64,000 nucleotides of DNA from the human T2T-CHM13v2.0 reference genome, Homo sapiens: assembly GCF_009914755.1 (NCBI RefSeq), contig NC_060927.1, one strand, 5' to 3'. Every line of letters starts with the position of its first letter. Position 1 is the stretch's first letter. The translations under genes were made by a program, and so were the position numbers. The notes beneath the pieces were generated by a model that was not told the DNA's origin, did not search any database, and was given only the letters and a program-made list of their open reading frames with translations. Below, in pieces: positions 26,874-40,334 of the stretch.

Positions 26874-26953
26874 ATGTAGCTGAGGGGAGATGTAGTTGAG
26901 GGGAGATGTAGCTGAGGGGAAATGTAGCTGAGGGGAAAGGTAGTTGAGAGGAC
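26874..26953 (+). repeat. 16-bp minisatellite, 5 copies (ATGTAGCTGAGGGGAR)
   Basis: Units start at 26874, 26890, 26906, 26922 and 26938. Confidence 0.92.
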
Positions 26954-28781
26954 CAGATGATCTGACTCAGTTTTCACTGAAAATGTGAGTCATGCTTTCA
27001 TTCTGGTACATTGAAGAAACTGGAATGAGGAGGAGACACACATTCAAAGGGAGTTCAAAGGGAAAGGATAAATGTCGTGCTTTGTGATCCCTGGGGATCT
27101 CCACTCAGAGGATGTTTGCTTGAGGAAGGGGACCCCTTGCTATGGGTTGGCAGCTGTGGGAGGCCTGTGCACCTGTGGTGACTGACATGCCTGGGAAGGC
27201 CATGACAGTTTTTATTCATGGGGACCCAGCCTTAAGCACATGCCTCATGACCAAATGAGCTCTGTCTTCTTTTCCATTTTGTTTTATTGCCCAATTACCC
27301 TAGTTTTATACTTTGTAGATTATATTCTTTTAGTATCCGCTTTGATCTTTTGTTTCTTGTATTTTAATTGTTCTCAGCTGACTTGTGCCTTAATGGCTCT
27401 CTTTTATCTCACTTTTACATTTACCCATGGCTTATATTTTATCTGGTCCTCTCATCACGTTCAACTTTTATTTTGGGCCTTATTTTTATCTTGCTCATTT
27501 TTATTTTAGCCCTGTTATTTGCCTTACATGTTGTTTTAAATGATTCTGTCTTTGATTCATCATTTTGTTGATAACTTACTATTCCTTTATTGTCTTTTTT
27601 GCTCTTTAATTACAAAACAGAAAGTCTGGGGCAGAATCATGAGGAAACTAGTTGTGAGGGTTTTAGAAACATCTTGGATGCCCAGAAACAGTAAACTACT
27701 TATGCTAACTCCATACAACAAAGACTTATTAGAAGAATGCAGAAAAATATCAAAAAAAGATGTGCAGTTTAGGATGTTTAAGCCTCATTAGAAATGAAAA
27801 GTTATCAAAAACTATAATCTCCCTGTGTCACTCACTCTGGGGTCCCTCTCTGCTCTTCTGCTCCATGTGCTCTCTCCAAACAATTGAGGTCTGCTTTTCC
27901 AAGCCAACCTAACCACGGAACTCAAGTTTCATGCCTTACAGTCCAGAACTCCCTACTATCTAACTGTCTCTGTCACTGTTAGCCAATTCCAAATGCAAAA
28001 AAGAGAGGATCAGAGTGAGCAGTTCAGCTTGGCTCAGTTTTCAACTTCTAACCTTCACCCCACCTCCATCAGCTATAGATGACAGAGGGCAGTGAGAGGT
28101 ACTCAAGGCTGCCCCTTCTAGGCTGCTGCAGGTAGGCTCCTAACCAAGGGTGGTGATGGAGACGGATGGAATGGAGGCCTGATGCTTTCTTCTTTCCAGA
28201 TAATCTTGTGGCAGCATCACAGCCTCCTGCCAAAGATTCTCCTCCTTTCTGCATTTTTCCTCTATTTCTTCTCAGTTTAAAAATATTTAGTAGAATAATC
28301 CAGTAGACAAATGGCCAGAATTCTAAGTCTTCCTTCTGATAGGTAAACTGTACATGGATTTTGCTTTTAAATGCTATTACAAAGTTGTTGCTGTTGTTTT
28401 TCACAACATGTTGCATAGGGTTCCTGTGAGGAGTTATATCCTAAATCCCATGTCTTGTCTGATTGTGCAATCACATTTGGCAAGATTTGCCAACAGGAGA
28501 GCAGTATCTACATTTAATTGAAATAAACTACCATGTTATTTGTAGTATTCTCATAACAATTCTTGGAAGGAAGCATAAGGAAAGGTCCACAGGCTGGGTT
28601 TGTATTGTTCTTCTATCAGTTTGTCTTGATGAAGTCTTAAAGTGAGCAAGAGCCATGTCCCTGCCCTCTGAAGTGAAGGAAAGGAACATACTTTTGCTAT
28701 AGGTACTCCCTTGTTTTTTTCCCTGGTAGCAGATGCATACAGGAATTGGCCAGAGATTAGAGGATTTCAGGTTAGTGTGTT

Positions 28782-28840
28782 ACACACACACATACACACA
28801 GAGAGAGAGAGAGAGAGAGAGAGGATGTGTGTGTGTGTGT
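28782..28840. repeat. Compound microsatellite (CA)n(GA)n(TG)n
   Basis: Direct inspection. Confidence 0.95.
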
Positions 28841-30027
28841 TATATGCCATAAAACGATGTTTTGGTCAACAACAGACCACATATGTGACAGTGGTCCCAA
28901 AAGATTATAACGGAGTTAAAAAATTCCTATTGCCTGCTGATGTCATAGCCATTGTAGCTCATATCATTGTACATTACTCATGTGTTTGTGGTGATGTTGG
29001 TATAAACAAACCTACTGCACTGCTAGTCATATAAAAGTATAGCACACACAGAAGGTATAGGACATAATACTCAATAATGATAATAAATGACTATATTACT
29101 GATTTATGTATTTATTTTTTATTGCTATTTCAGAGCATAGTCATTCTACTTATATGTTAACTGTAAAACAGCATCAGACAAGTCCTTCAGGAGGTATTTC
29201 AGAAGAAGGCATTGTTGTCCTAGGAGATGAGAGCTCCATGCATGTTATTTACCCTGAAGAACTTCTAGTCAGACAAGGTGGAAGACAGTGATATTGATGA
29301 TTCTGACCCTGTGTAGGCCTAGGCTAATGTGTGTGTTCATGTCTTAGTTTTTAACAAAAAGCTTAATAAATAAAAATAAATTGCAAAAGTAGAAAAAAGC
29401 TTATAGAATAAAAATACTAATATAAAGAAAGAAAACATTTTTTTACAGCTATACAGTGTGTTTTAAGCTTAGTGTTACAAAACTCAAAAAGTTAAAAAAT
29501 ATTTAAAAGCTTATAAAGTCCAAAAGTTATTCACTAAGGTTAATTTATTATTCAAGAAAGAAAAATATGTTTAGCACATTTAGTGTAGCCTAAATGTGCA
29601 GTGTTTACAAAGTCCACAGCAGTGGGCAGCAGTGTCCTGGGGTTTCATATTCACTCACCACTCACTCACCCAGAGTAACTTTCAGTCTTGCAGGCTGCAT
29701 TCATGGTAAGTGCCCTGTACAGGTTTACCACTTTAAAAAAATCTTTTACACCATATTTTTACTGAGCCTTTTCTATGTTTAGGTATGTTAAGATACACAC
29801 GTAGTTACTATTTTATTATAATTTCTTTCCTACAGTATTCAATACAGTAATTTGCTGTACAGGTTTGTTGCCTATGAACAACAGGCTACACCATATAGCC
29901 TAGGTGTGTAGTAGTCTGTACCACCTAGGTTTGTGTAAAAGTCCACTTTATGATATTTGCTCAACAATGAAATTTCTAATGACAATTTTCTTCGAATGTA
30001 TCCCTATCGTTAAGTGACACTTGACTC
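28841..30027 (-). mobile_element. Tigger3b/Golem-like non-autonomous DNA transposon, ~1.2 kb
   Basis: Left gccataaaacgatgttttggtcaacaacagaccacatat; right gaatgtatccctatcgttaagtgacacttgac. Confidence 0.85.
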
Positions 30028-30464
30028 TCTCAATGTATATAAATGACCGGATACTTCATTTAGCACCTACTCTGGATGACATGTAGTAGATGCTCAGTAA
30101 ATATTTGATGAATAAACTGCAAAGCCATCTGGCTCTAATAGAGTAAGGGAACTAATATCTAAATATGTTTAATTCTATTCCAGGCCCTTTACAAGCTTAG
30201 GCTGTATGAGGCCAAGGACCACAACCTTCCTAAATGAATAGAATTTTTCCATAGGTGAAGGGTGTTCTACTGACACTAGGAAAGGTGGAGCTCAAGACGC
30301 AGTTAATTTAATCTGTTTATTTATTGTTGGTGCTATAATATCTGCCTGCCAGGGACCTGAGACCTAGGCTTACTTGTTGGCACTATGATCCTATTGTTCA
30401 TCTGAACTTGGCTGTGGAGAAAGCAGCAGGGAGGTTGTGAGTCCAGTTGGAAGAGCTTCTTTGG

Positions 30465-30690
30465 ATCCTTGTACTCAGAAAGAGCATGGGCACAGGAATC
30501 AGAAATACTGGGTGACTTACGGGCTGTGCGGCCTTGGGTGAGTCATGTAGCCTCTCTAAGCTCCAATTTACTTTTCTGTAAAATGTGGTAAAAATAGCTA
30601 GCTCTCAGGAGCATTACCCAGGATTAAGCATGCTGATATGTGTGAAACACCACATCTAGTGCTTGATGTATAGTAGATGCTCAGTTATAT
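30465..30690 (+). mobile_element. MIR
   Basis: gctgtgcggccttgggtgagtca...ctctctaagctcc...tctgtaaaatg. Confidence 0.75.
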
Positions 30691-31399
30691 ATGGCTTTAC
30701 CCTTCTCTCCCACCTTTCCTCCTTCCTGCAGCAATCAGTGCAACTTAAATCATAGCCTCAACTTACTGAAATGAGCTTGAGATCTGAAGTCTTTATCTGT
30801 TGTGGTTGACTGTCCACATTAGCTTAGCAGCTGGGCTTCCCCTGCAGTAGCACATTCTGCTCCATTCCAATCTTGTTGTCTGGCAAGAAAGGTGCTAATT
30901 CAAACCCCAAAGAGCTCCCACATTCTGGAAGAATGAAGAGGCACAGATGAATCACTTTCCCCTTTAGTTGCTGCTGAGTGTTTGCCAGCAGGATCTGAGA
31001 CCATCTCACTTAGGCCTGTTGTTTCTCTGCTGACAGTGTTGGGTGCCAGCATGACCAAGAAAGGAGGACACAATCTCTGGACCATAATGAGAGGGATGTA
31101 CACCCAGAGTACCCTAGGAGACTGATCCAGGGGAGGTCACAGTCATCGTGGAGGTTGCCGAGAAGGGAAGGGGAAGGAGGAGACAGTGACTCTTCAGAGT
31201 AGCTCAGTGGCTGAGACATTCTGTGGATCGTAGGGAAATCATTCAGCCAGGGTCTTCGACCACTATGGTGGCATCCACCCCATGAATTGGAAGGCTTGCT
31301 TCATTTCCTAGGAGGTTGACATCAGAGTAGTGGAGTGCTGAAGATGCAATGCCTTTCCTCCTGGGGAAGGGAACATGGGAGGCTTCATTCTAAAGTAAA

Positions 31400-31780
31400 A
31401 TAGCAAAACACAGCATCAATTTTAAAATGTGCATGCCCAGTATATCCACTTTTAGGAATTCATCATCATTTTATCATTGGGTACAGGTTAAATATGTTTG
31501 CCATATTCGTAGGATGGAATATTATGTAGCCATCAAAATAAAGCTTGTAGGGTGTCTTTAATAAGCTACGAAAATGATCTTATAATATGAAATGAAGGTG
31601 CAGGGTACAGAATTATACATAATGTATGATCTCTACTATTTAATGAAAGCTCACTGAAAGAAGACTGTGGAAGTAAATATGCCTAAAAGTTACTACCAAT
31701 TGCCTCCAAAAAATAGGATTACCATTCCTTTTTTGCCTTTTTATATTTATAAATTTTATCTACTGAGCATAAAAATTGAC
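31400..31780 (+). mobile_element. Old L1 3' UTR fragment (L1ME-like)
   Basis: ccacttttaggaatt...atggaatattatgtagccatcaaaa. Confidence 0.6.
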
Positions 31781-32732
31781 AATGAAACAAAACCCACCAA
31801 GAGATACTACTATAAGTGATACTGAATCCAAAGACATTGACTTTCTGGTGGAATTTCAGACAACACCAGGGGAAATTGTTGGAATAAGAGCCATCTCATG
31901 CCTGTTGAATGACCCCAGCCAGACAGTGATCTGTAGAATGGACCATTGAGCCAGCTCTGACAACACTGGGCTTGAGGAATGCCCAAAAATGTGTGAGGGG
32001 CAGTTGGGAGTGTGTGCCTGTCACAGAGTCAGGAGACCCCATCATAATCAACCCATTGTGGGGCCCTGGTGGAAGGAGAGGCAGGGCTTCTACTATGGGT
32101 TAGCCCTGTTCCCTGAGCAAAGCAAATGGTGCCCTCGTGTGTGATCTAAGACTGTCCAGCCAGGTATAAATTGGAATGCTTCTCAGATTGGCTCCCTCAG
32201 GGGATGGCACTAACAATGAAATAATAACAGGTTTATTTATAGCTCTTTTATTGAAGTACTTGAGAATTTCTTTTTTAATTCTGCAATTCATCCAAGTTTT
32301 GGAAACATTGACAATTATTTTCATTTCTTCTTGAGAAAATATGGTCAGTGGCATGAAGCCTATTTAAGCACCTTCAGCAAACTCCAAAACACCTTTCTTA
32401 TTGATCCTATTTCCTACAAAGTACCACCTTCTCTGCCTCACTGACTGGGCATCCATGGCCAACTCTGATGCATAACTCCTCATTCATTTAGTAAGCATGC
32501 TGTGAGCCCCACCATCTGCTGGAACCAATCTTTTCTCACAGAGACCGTGATACAGGGGGATTACAGACAGGCAACCCATGGCTGAACTGTGCATTCCTTC
32601 TGGGGTCCTGTCTTCTTCTTCCCCTCTGGCTTATGCGCAGGACCAAGGTGGATCTTGAAGGGCAATTGAAGAAGTGTAGTTGTGGGCCTGGTAGCTCAGA
32701 AAGCAGAGCATGTTTACCCTGGGTTTGGAGTC

Positions 32733-33187
32733 TGTGTTCGTTTTCTATGCTGCCATAACAAAGTACCAAACACTGGGTGGCTTAACCCAACAGAAATGTT
32801 TTGTGCCACAGCCCTGAAGGCTAGAAGTCTGAAATCAAGCTATTGGCAGGGTCATGCTGCCTCTGATGGCTAAAGGGGAGGATCTTTCCTCGTCTGTTCT
32901 AACTTCTGGTGATTGGAAGCAGTCTTTGGCTTTCCTTGGCTTGCAGATGTATCACTCCAGCCACATGGCCATTATCTCCCTGTGTGTTTTCACATCATCT
33001 TCCTAATGGTCATGTCTGTCTCTGTGTCCAAATTTCCCCTTTTGATAAGTACATAGTCATATTGGATTAGAGCCCACCCTAGTGACTTCATTTTAACCTG
33101 ATTACCCCCTATACCAGATAAGGTCACATTCTGAAGTTAGGACTTCAACACATCTTTTTTGGGGGGACACATAATACACCCATAACA
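32733..33187 (-). mobile_element. MLT1C-like MaLR solo LTR
   Basis: tgtgttcgttttctatgctgccataacaaagtacca...ggggacacataatacacccataaca. Confidence 0.85.
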
Positions 33188-33224
33188 GTTCCTAAGGCAG
33201 ACTCCACCAACTCTGTAGCATTGG

Positions 33225-33378
33225 AAACCATACAGTGTCTTTGAACCTCAGCCACCTCCTACTCTGTAAACTGGGAGTAAAAAGAATACCTAAGTCCTTT
33301 GTTGTCATTGTGAGGTCTAAATTGTGTAAAGCTCATAGCATGATACTTGACTTATCATAAATGTGAGTTCTCATTGTT
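33225..33378 (+). mobile_element. MIR
   Basis: ctctgtaaactgggagtaaaaagaatacct...ttgtgaggtctaaa. Confidence 0.6.
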
Positions 33379-33809
33379 CCACTTACTGGCCATACTGTTA
33401 CCCCATTCAGGTGAGATTGTCTGGCTTTAACCAACTAGGGCTGACATCATGGCCTTGACTCCATAGGGCAGAGGATCTGAGTGTACCACACCAGCAGGGA
33501 CCTCCCAGGTGGATCAGCCAGATGTTTCCAGCAAAAGCATAGTGCCAGAAACAGGCTGGTGATAAATCAGTTTGCTGAACTGAACAATTGGAGCTTTCCA
33601 TTATTACACAAAGTCACAGAGGTCATCTTTGCCATGAAGTCTGCCAAATATTGGAAAACAAGGGTTCTTCAAAGAATAAATCTGGGGTCAGACCAGCAAG
33701 CATTGAATTGAATAACATGATGTGTCCATGCCTACTCTTTTATGCTACCAACTTCTCCTTCTCTATGTCCAGATTCCCTTTCTGTTCCATAAGAGGAGGT
33801 TTGTACTCC

Positions 33810-34150
33810 TGCCTCAAGGCCTTTGCGCTTGCTGTTTTTCTACCCAAAATGCAGTGTGTAGGTACCCTCCACCCTCCCATCTCTCTAATTTGTCTGCCTA
33901 ATTTCTTATTATTTTTTGCTTACCCATTATATCTTCCCAGTTATTTTCCTGTTTATTTCCATCCTAACGTTTAACACAGTTTGCAATCACATCTTTAATC
34001 TTGTGGTTCTTCATTTGATACTTGCCTTTTCTATTAGGCCTGGTCCCAGACTACATGGATCATGTTAGCTTGAGTCTCCATGGGCCACCCACCCTTAGCT
34101 CAGATCCTTCACAGAGTGGGTGCTGGACTGTTATGTGAATATCCTGTGAA
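33810..34150 (+). mobile_element. L2 3' fragment
   Basis: cctgcctcaaggcctttgcgcttgctgttt. Confidence 0.6.
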
Positions 34151-34394
34151 TGGAAACAGTCACTATTCCCCAACAATGTGAGGGCCATTATGCTGAAGAA
34201 GGCTGATCATCCAGGGAAAATGAATGGTTTATAGTCTGTACTTTCAGTTAATTTATATTTAAGCAAATCTGTCAGGGAAGTCAGTTCAATTTCATGGAAG
34301 TTGATAATCACTCCTACAGCCAGTGCCATCTTTGTTTGGGTCTGTGGGCTGTGCTCTACCTCATTCCTTTTGGGGCCCAGGTTAACAGGATAAT

Positions 34395-34770
34395 TGTCTT
34401 AGTTCATTGGAGCTGCTATAATAAAACACCACACACTGGGTAGCTTATAGAAAACAGAAAATCTTTTCCCACAGCTCTGGAGGCTGAGAAACCAGCAGGT
34501 TGCCAGCCTGGCATGGTCAGGCTCTGCTGAGGGCCCTCTCCTGGCTTACGGACTGCTGGCTTCTTACTGTGTCCTCACATGGCAGAAGTGGCAAGCAATC
34601 TCCCTTAGACCTCATTTATAAGGGCACTGATCCCATTCTTCAGAACTCTGCCCTTATGTCCCAGTCACCTTCCAAAGGCCTCACCTCTTAATACCATCAC
34701 ACTGCGGATTAGGTTTAAACATATGAATTGGGTGGGGGTGGGGGTGGTCACAAACATTCAGACCACAGCA
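34395..34770 (-). mobile_element. MLT1A-like MaLR solo LTR
   Basis: tgtcttagttcattggagctgctataataaaacacc...acaaacattcagaccacagca; TSD ataat/ataac. Confidence 0.88.
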
Positions 34771-37095
34771 ATAACCCTGCTCAAAAACCTCCTTCCCACA
34801 AAGAAGTAAAGTCAAACAAAGAGGAAACACCAGAAGATGATATTTTTTGCATAAACTCTAAGCATTCAAGCATATTTCACATACACTCTGTGAGGGTAGT
34901 AAAATGACTTTATTACCTAAGGAGGAGAAATGAAGAAAATCTAACTAAAAGGTTTGGATATTTTCTACTGTATGACACTCAGTTGACCAGGAAATAGATT
35001 GTTCAGCTCAGGGGGACTATGTGAACCCAGCTTCTCTTCATAAGGGGATGTCACCTTAAAGCACAGAGATGTGGTCATATTTCTTTACCTTCTTTGAACT
35101 GCCTGGTATATAATGGGTGCCCATTAATTATTTCTAATATTCTGTGCTTGAGTTTGATTGGCTGAGAGAAGGGCAAGTGAGGAAAGATTTAAGTGATTGA
35201 ATTCTAAGCTTATCGTGGAAGTTCTGGACCAAATACTATTTGCCAAACAGCTGATAAATTTGTGCAAAAACATACCATGCAGACTCCCCAATCAATAAAA
35301 ACATAGGTAATTCTGAGCAGCTACAAAATGACTTCTGTCAATTTTATTTTTCTGAGGTATACAGAATTTCAGATCTTACTGGGGATAGTATAAACATGTG
35401 ACCTTTGCTGCTGGGGGCAGGGAATTAAATTATCCTGGGCCTTCTACAAATATCCACTATATAGAGAGAGGAGGGAATTCCATCTCTCTTCCCACTTCTA
35501 GGCAGCTTGAAAAGTGAAATGCATCCAAATATATTTTGCATGAAAAGTAAGAGGTAGCATAAGGGTATTTACCATACAGTGAGATGGACCGTGTGGCTAT
35601 AATTTATCTCACATTGGCCCAGTGGGGAAATGAAGCATCCTATTAGCATTGCTGGTCTGTGGAAATCACAATAGGCAAATTAGGGATAGAGCAAAGCACC
35701 TGTAATACCAATAGCCACGTACTGTGAAGGAAAATGTCAAAGCAGGGTTTGGCTCTGCTGGAAACGGGTTACATTTAGAATGCATTAGCTCCTGACACCC
35801 AGGGCCTAGGTAATCTACAGCTCTTTCAAGTTATTTACTGTAAACTTGGAAGCAGCCAACCTTTCACGTTTACATTGGCTTTTTGTTGCCAACAGAAAAA
35901 AATAAAAGGTACATGAAAAGAAAATGAAAGTTGTTGTGAGGCAGTTGGCTGATAGGCTGTCTCACTGGAGTGCATGTCCCCGAACTGGGAATGCCTTGGC
36001 CATCATGGCTCACAGCCCAGGGAGCACGTTCCACTCCACCATTTCATTCCTGCTCCAGCTGATTTCCTAGCAAATAATCGTTTTATTTTGCTCCAGAATT
36101 AGAAAATGAAAATGAAGCTGGGAGTTATGAGTCTTAATTATCCTCCCTGGTCTTTTCTGCAGGAACCTAAAATTGATTTTCAAACTTCCCCTCCGAGTTT
36201 GATTTAACATTTCAGTCAGCATGCCTTCTGTGGGGGTTGTCAGCAGTATTGATGACAATGCAATGAAGAATTAGCCAGTCATATCGAAGGTGCTTGTTAT
36301 CAGCTGACCAGTCCTAGCCTTGATGAGAGGTGCCCAGGGGTCGCCTGGTGCATGTTTAAGAAAGTCCCTTCATTTTCCACTCACTCGGATGAGAATGAAT
36401 GCTGGAGTCACACCTGACAGGAAGCAGGCCTCTGAACTTTTGTTTTAAAGTATGAAACTGTGCCCTGAGATGCTGACTTATTAGCTCCAAGAATTGACAG
36501 AACAGTAAAAGAGTCCATATACTCCTGTAGTATTGATTGGGCTGTCATTTGTCTTTCTTCTTCAGCTCAAAATATGGATTTTCCTGACACTTTCTTTAAC
36601 TTGAATTAAACATTTAAAATATTCCTGTTCCCCTTTGGGGTTCCCCACATGAACATTTGGGAACTTGCAATTTTGGGGTTATGGGTGAGACTTGTCAAGG
36701 AGTGGAAATATGGGATCTTTTGCACCTGCCATTGTTCATCAATTTCACGGGCAGCTTGGTTTAGTGTGTGGGCACCAGAGCCAGAAAAGAAGTGGGCAAA
36801 TCCTAGTGTGACCTTGAACAACTCATCCAGTTGCTCTGTGCCTCTTTTGACTCATCTGTCAAATTGTTTGAAAACCCTGAGCAGCAGGGTTGGTGGTAGG
36901 GTGAGAGATCATGTAGTCAGTGTGCTCAGTGACTGGCAGTGAATTTGGGAAGACTAAGCAGTGTATCCAGCTGTGTTACTAAGGCAGAAGTAAGCCAGGG
37001 GAAACCCCTTAGCTTACATAAGGTCTCACACCTAAGAAGCATCTTGGTTCATAGTATGGGATCCATGAGACGGCTCACTCTCATGATGGCTCAAA

Positions 37096-37588
<493 letters not shown>

Positions 37589-37849
37589 CTGCACAAGGCC
37601 TGAGAAGCAAGCTGGGGTCTAGGGCAGGGGTCTGGGGCAGGGGCCAGACAGACCTTGAAATGAGGCTGGCTAAAGGAGCTGAAACTTGACAGCTGGCAAA
37701 GAGAAGCACGGAGGCAGGAGTCCAGAAATGGCCCTATTTGGATCTGACACTGGACAGTGATCTGCTCTGAGGGTCATTCCCTCCTATGAAGTCAAAACCA
37801 TAAGAACATGAGTTTCACCTTCAGCATGAAGGTGCCACCATTCATGTTA

Positions 37850-38110
37850 TCAATCACCAACCTTTACTATGTACTTTCTTCATGCCAGCATTATGCAAAG
37901 TGCTTTAGGCATTTTGCCTTCTTGACTTTAAACTTCACAATAGCCCAATACAGTATAATCTGTTATTACTCCCATCCTGTGCCTGAGAAGATTGAGACAG
38001 GAGAAGTTAACGTACTTTGGCCAAGGTCACAAAGATAGAAATGCTGCCGCTGGTACTTGAAACCAAGTCATTCCAATTACAATTCCAAAGACTCTGGTCT
38101 TAGCCAGTAT
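37850..38110 (-). mobile_element. MIR
   Basis: gagaagattgagacaggagaagttaacgtactttggccaaggtcaca. Confidence 0.7.
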
Positions 38111-38141
38111 AACTTTGTTAAACCCAAATGCCAGGGTCCAG

Positions 38142-38763
38142 TGTTAGGGTCCGGTTCATGCTGAGGTCCAATGGGAGTGGATGGATAGGCAATGGCTGAA
38201 ATAACACTTGAGGGGCTGTAAGCAGATGAAATGTAGTTGTATTCAGCAGCTCTCTGATTAACAGCTCTCTCACACTATCTCATCAGCAGCTTTCTCACAC
38301 TGTCCGCCCTGTCTCAGCTGCTTGAGCTGGTCGCTCCCACACACAGCTGTGCAGCCAGCTCTCCCCTGCCTTCAGGGTCAGCAGCTTAACTCTTTCTCTC
38401 TCTGGGTGTGAGAACAAGCTGTGCCATGCTGTGCTGTGCTGTGCTGAGCCATGCTGTGTCTCCCCTCTGTCCATCTGCAAGATGGACAGCTCTGGTTCTC
38501 AATCTCTCTCTCCCTTTCTCTGGGCACCAGCACCTGCACAAGAGCCATGTTGAGCCATACCCAAGAGCCAAGGCCTGTGCACAGTGTCAGCAGGGCAGCT
38601 ATAATTTTTACAGACAATAGTAGCTCCAAGCCAAGTATGAACTTACACAAGCAGGTTATATAACATTTGGAGTATGCGCCTGTGCCCTAAACTTGCTGAG
38701 TCATGCAGACCTGGATGTCTGCCTTGGCCTAACCTTGACCAAAGCACATCCGAGTACCTTACA
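38142..38763 (-). mobile_element. LTR18-family solo LTR (LTR18B by length)
   Basis: Minus strand starts TGTAAGGTACTCGGATGTGCTTTGGTCAAGG and ends ...GGACCCTAACA; ~620 bp. Confidence 0.75.
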
Positions 38764-39312
38764 ACAGTGCTTCTCCTAAACTTACTAAAATTTAGTCTTT
38801 TCTACACCCAACCAACTTTACGGCCTAGCTTAAGGCATAACTTAACATAGGTGTGGGCTGTGAAGTCAGGGAGATGAGATGAGGAAGTACAGATTCTTGC
38901 CTCATGGAGCTCTGAGGAGAAAAAAGATGGGTGAACACAATTGAAAATGCAGGAAGAAAAGCATGGGTAGGAGGAGAGCAGGGGGCACAGTGGAGCATCA
39001 AGGAGATCTCCACTGAGACCTTGGCTTGAGAAGCCAGAGCAGGCTTCTTAGAAGAGATTGTGTTTATGCTGGATTTTGAAGCTTGTGTAGGAGTTCTTCT
39101 GGTAGCTATAAGAGAGAATTCTCTGTTAGTTGATGAAGAGCATGTAGGATGGCTTATTTTCTTGGCAACAAAGGCTACTGGTGGCTATAACAGCAGTTTA
39201 CTAACCTCTCCATTGGGCAGCCTGTGAGCCTTTCTGCTTCCACAGGTTCCTATTTGCGATAAATTGCAAAAGCCTGCTTGTTAATAGTGTTTGTTGTTCC
39301 TCCTTAATTTCC

Positions 39313-39477
39313 AGATAAAAAATTTGGCTCATTCTTTGCCAACTGGGTCCCTGATGTTCTAACCTTAAACCAGCAATTTCAGAGCAGGACTTCTCTCTGC
39401 CCGAAGTGGCCCTTGTCAAGCAGGTATGGGGTTACAGAAAAACATCACACATTTTCTTAGAATTCTAATTATACTCA
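39313..39477 (+). repeat. Local duplication, copy 2 (Alu-free)
   Basis: About 9 substitutions over ~152 aligned nt versus copy 1 (manual count). Confidence 0.92.
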
Positions 39478-40334
39478 AAGATACAAGGGTAAAATAGAAT
39501 TAACTTCAAATTAAAAGATATTTAGCACTTTATGGAGTGAATTTCAAAATTTACATGATTTAATAATAAAAGCTTTGCTTTTTTAGAAATGTCATAGTAG
39601 ACGTGGGCTACATTTTGGTATAGCAATTCCTTCTCCATAATTGGGAGATAATGGAATGGTTGAATGATTCAGATTTTTTGTTTCTGGCCAGTATAACACT
39701 TGCGATCATTCATTCACCAGTCCAAGAGCCAACCACTCATTCTCCCTATTGAAGGGACTGGGTTCTATTCCTTGCTGTATAATTTGGTGGTGTCTACTCT
39801 TTCATATCGACAAGCACCACGATTGCTTCTCACGCTTCACCAGCAGTAGCTGAAATCTTGCCGTGGTTTAACGTCTTGCCTGAAATTAAAGTAATGGAGA
39901 TACAACCATAAGAAACCCACTACAGGCTGTGTTGAGTCATAAAACTGTAATGCTGTGAAAGTGCGGCAGCAAGAAATCACTGGTGATGTGAAAGGAGCAA
40001 AATAAATATCTGCTGGGTTTTTAATTAACTGACTGTAAATAATGAAAATGAGCAAGTTAGACTCACTTTTAGGAGGAAAATACCATTGTAATTTGAATAT
40101 GGCTATTGATGGAGAGCATGGCACCTTTGATGGAGATACATAAATCACACAGCAACTCTCTAGCATCTCCTATAAACTGTGTGTTATTTAGCCTGTCTGC
40201 TTTGTCCCCAGTGGACAAACATCAGCAGTTATTTTTGCATCTGAGCCTGTAGAGGGTAACGTGTAAAGAAAAAGCCAGGCACAGAAGCTTCTACTCTCCC
40301 TTTAGATTCCTATAATGGTAATTATTATTATACT

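Noticed and set aside
26874-26953. Regular repeats resembling a CRISPR array
   Set aside because: Units are contiguous with no unique spacers, there are no cas genes and the context is primate intron.
27260-27620. Hydrophobic ORFs resembling membrane proteins
   Set aside because: T-rich low-complexity sequence, probably decayed antisense L1-like, which produces Phe/Leu-rich translations by composition.
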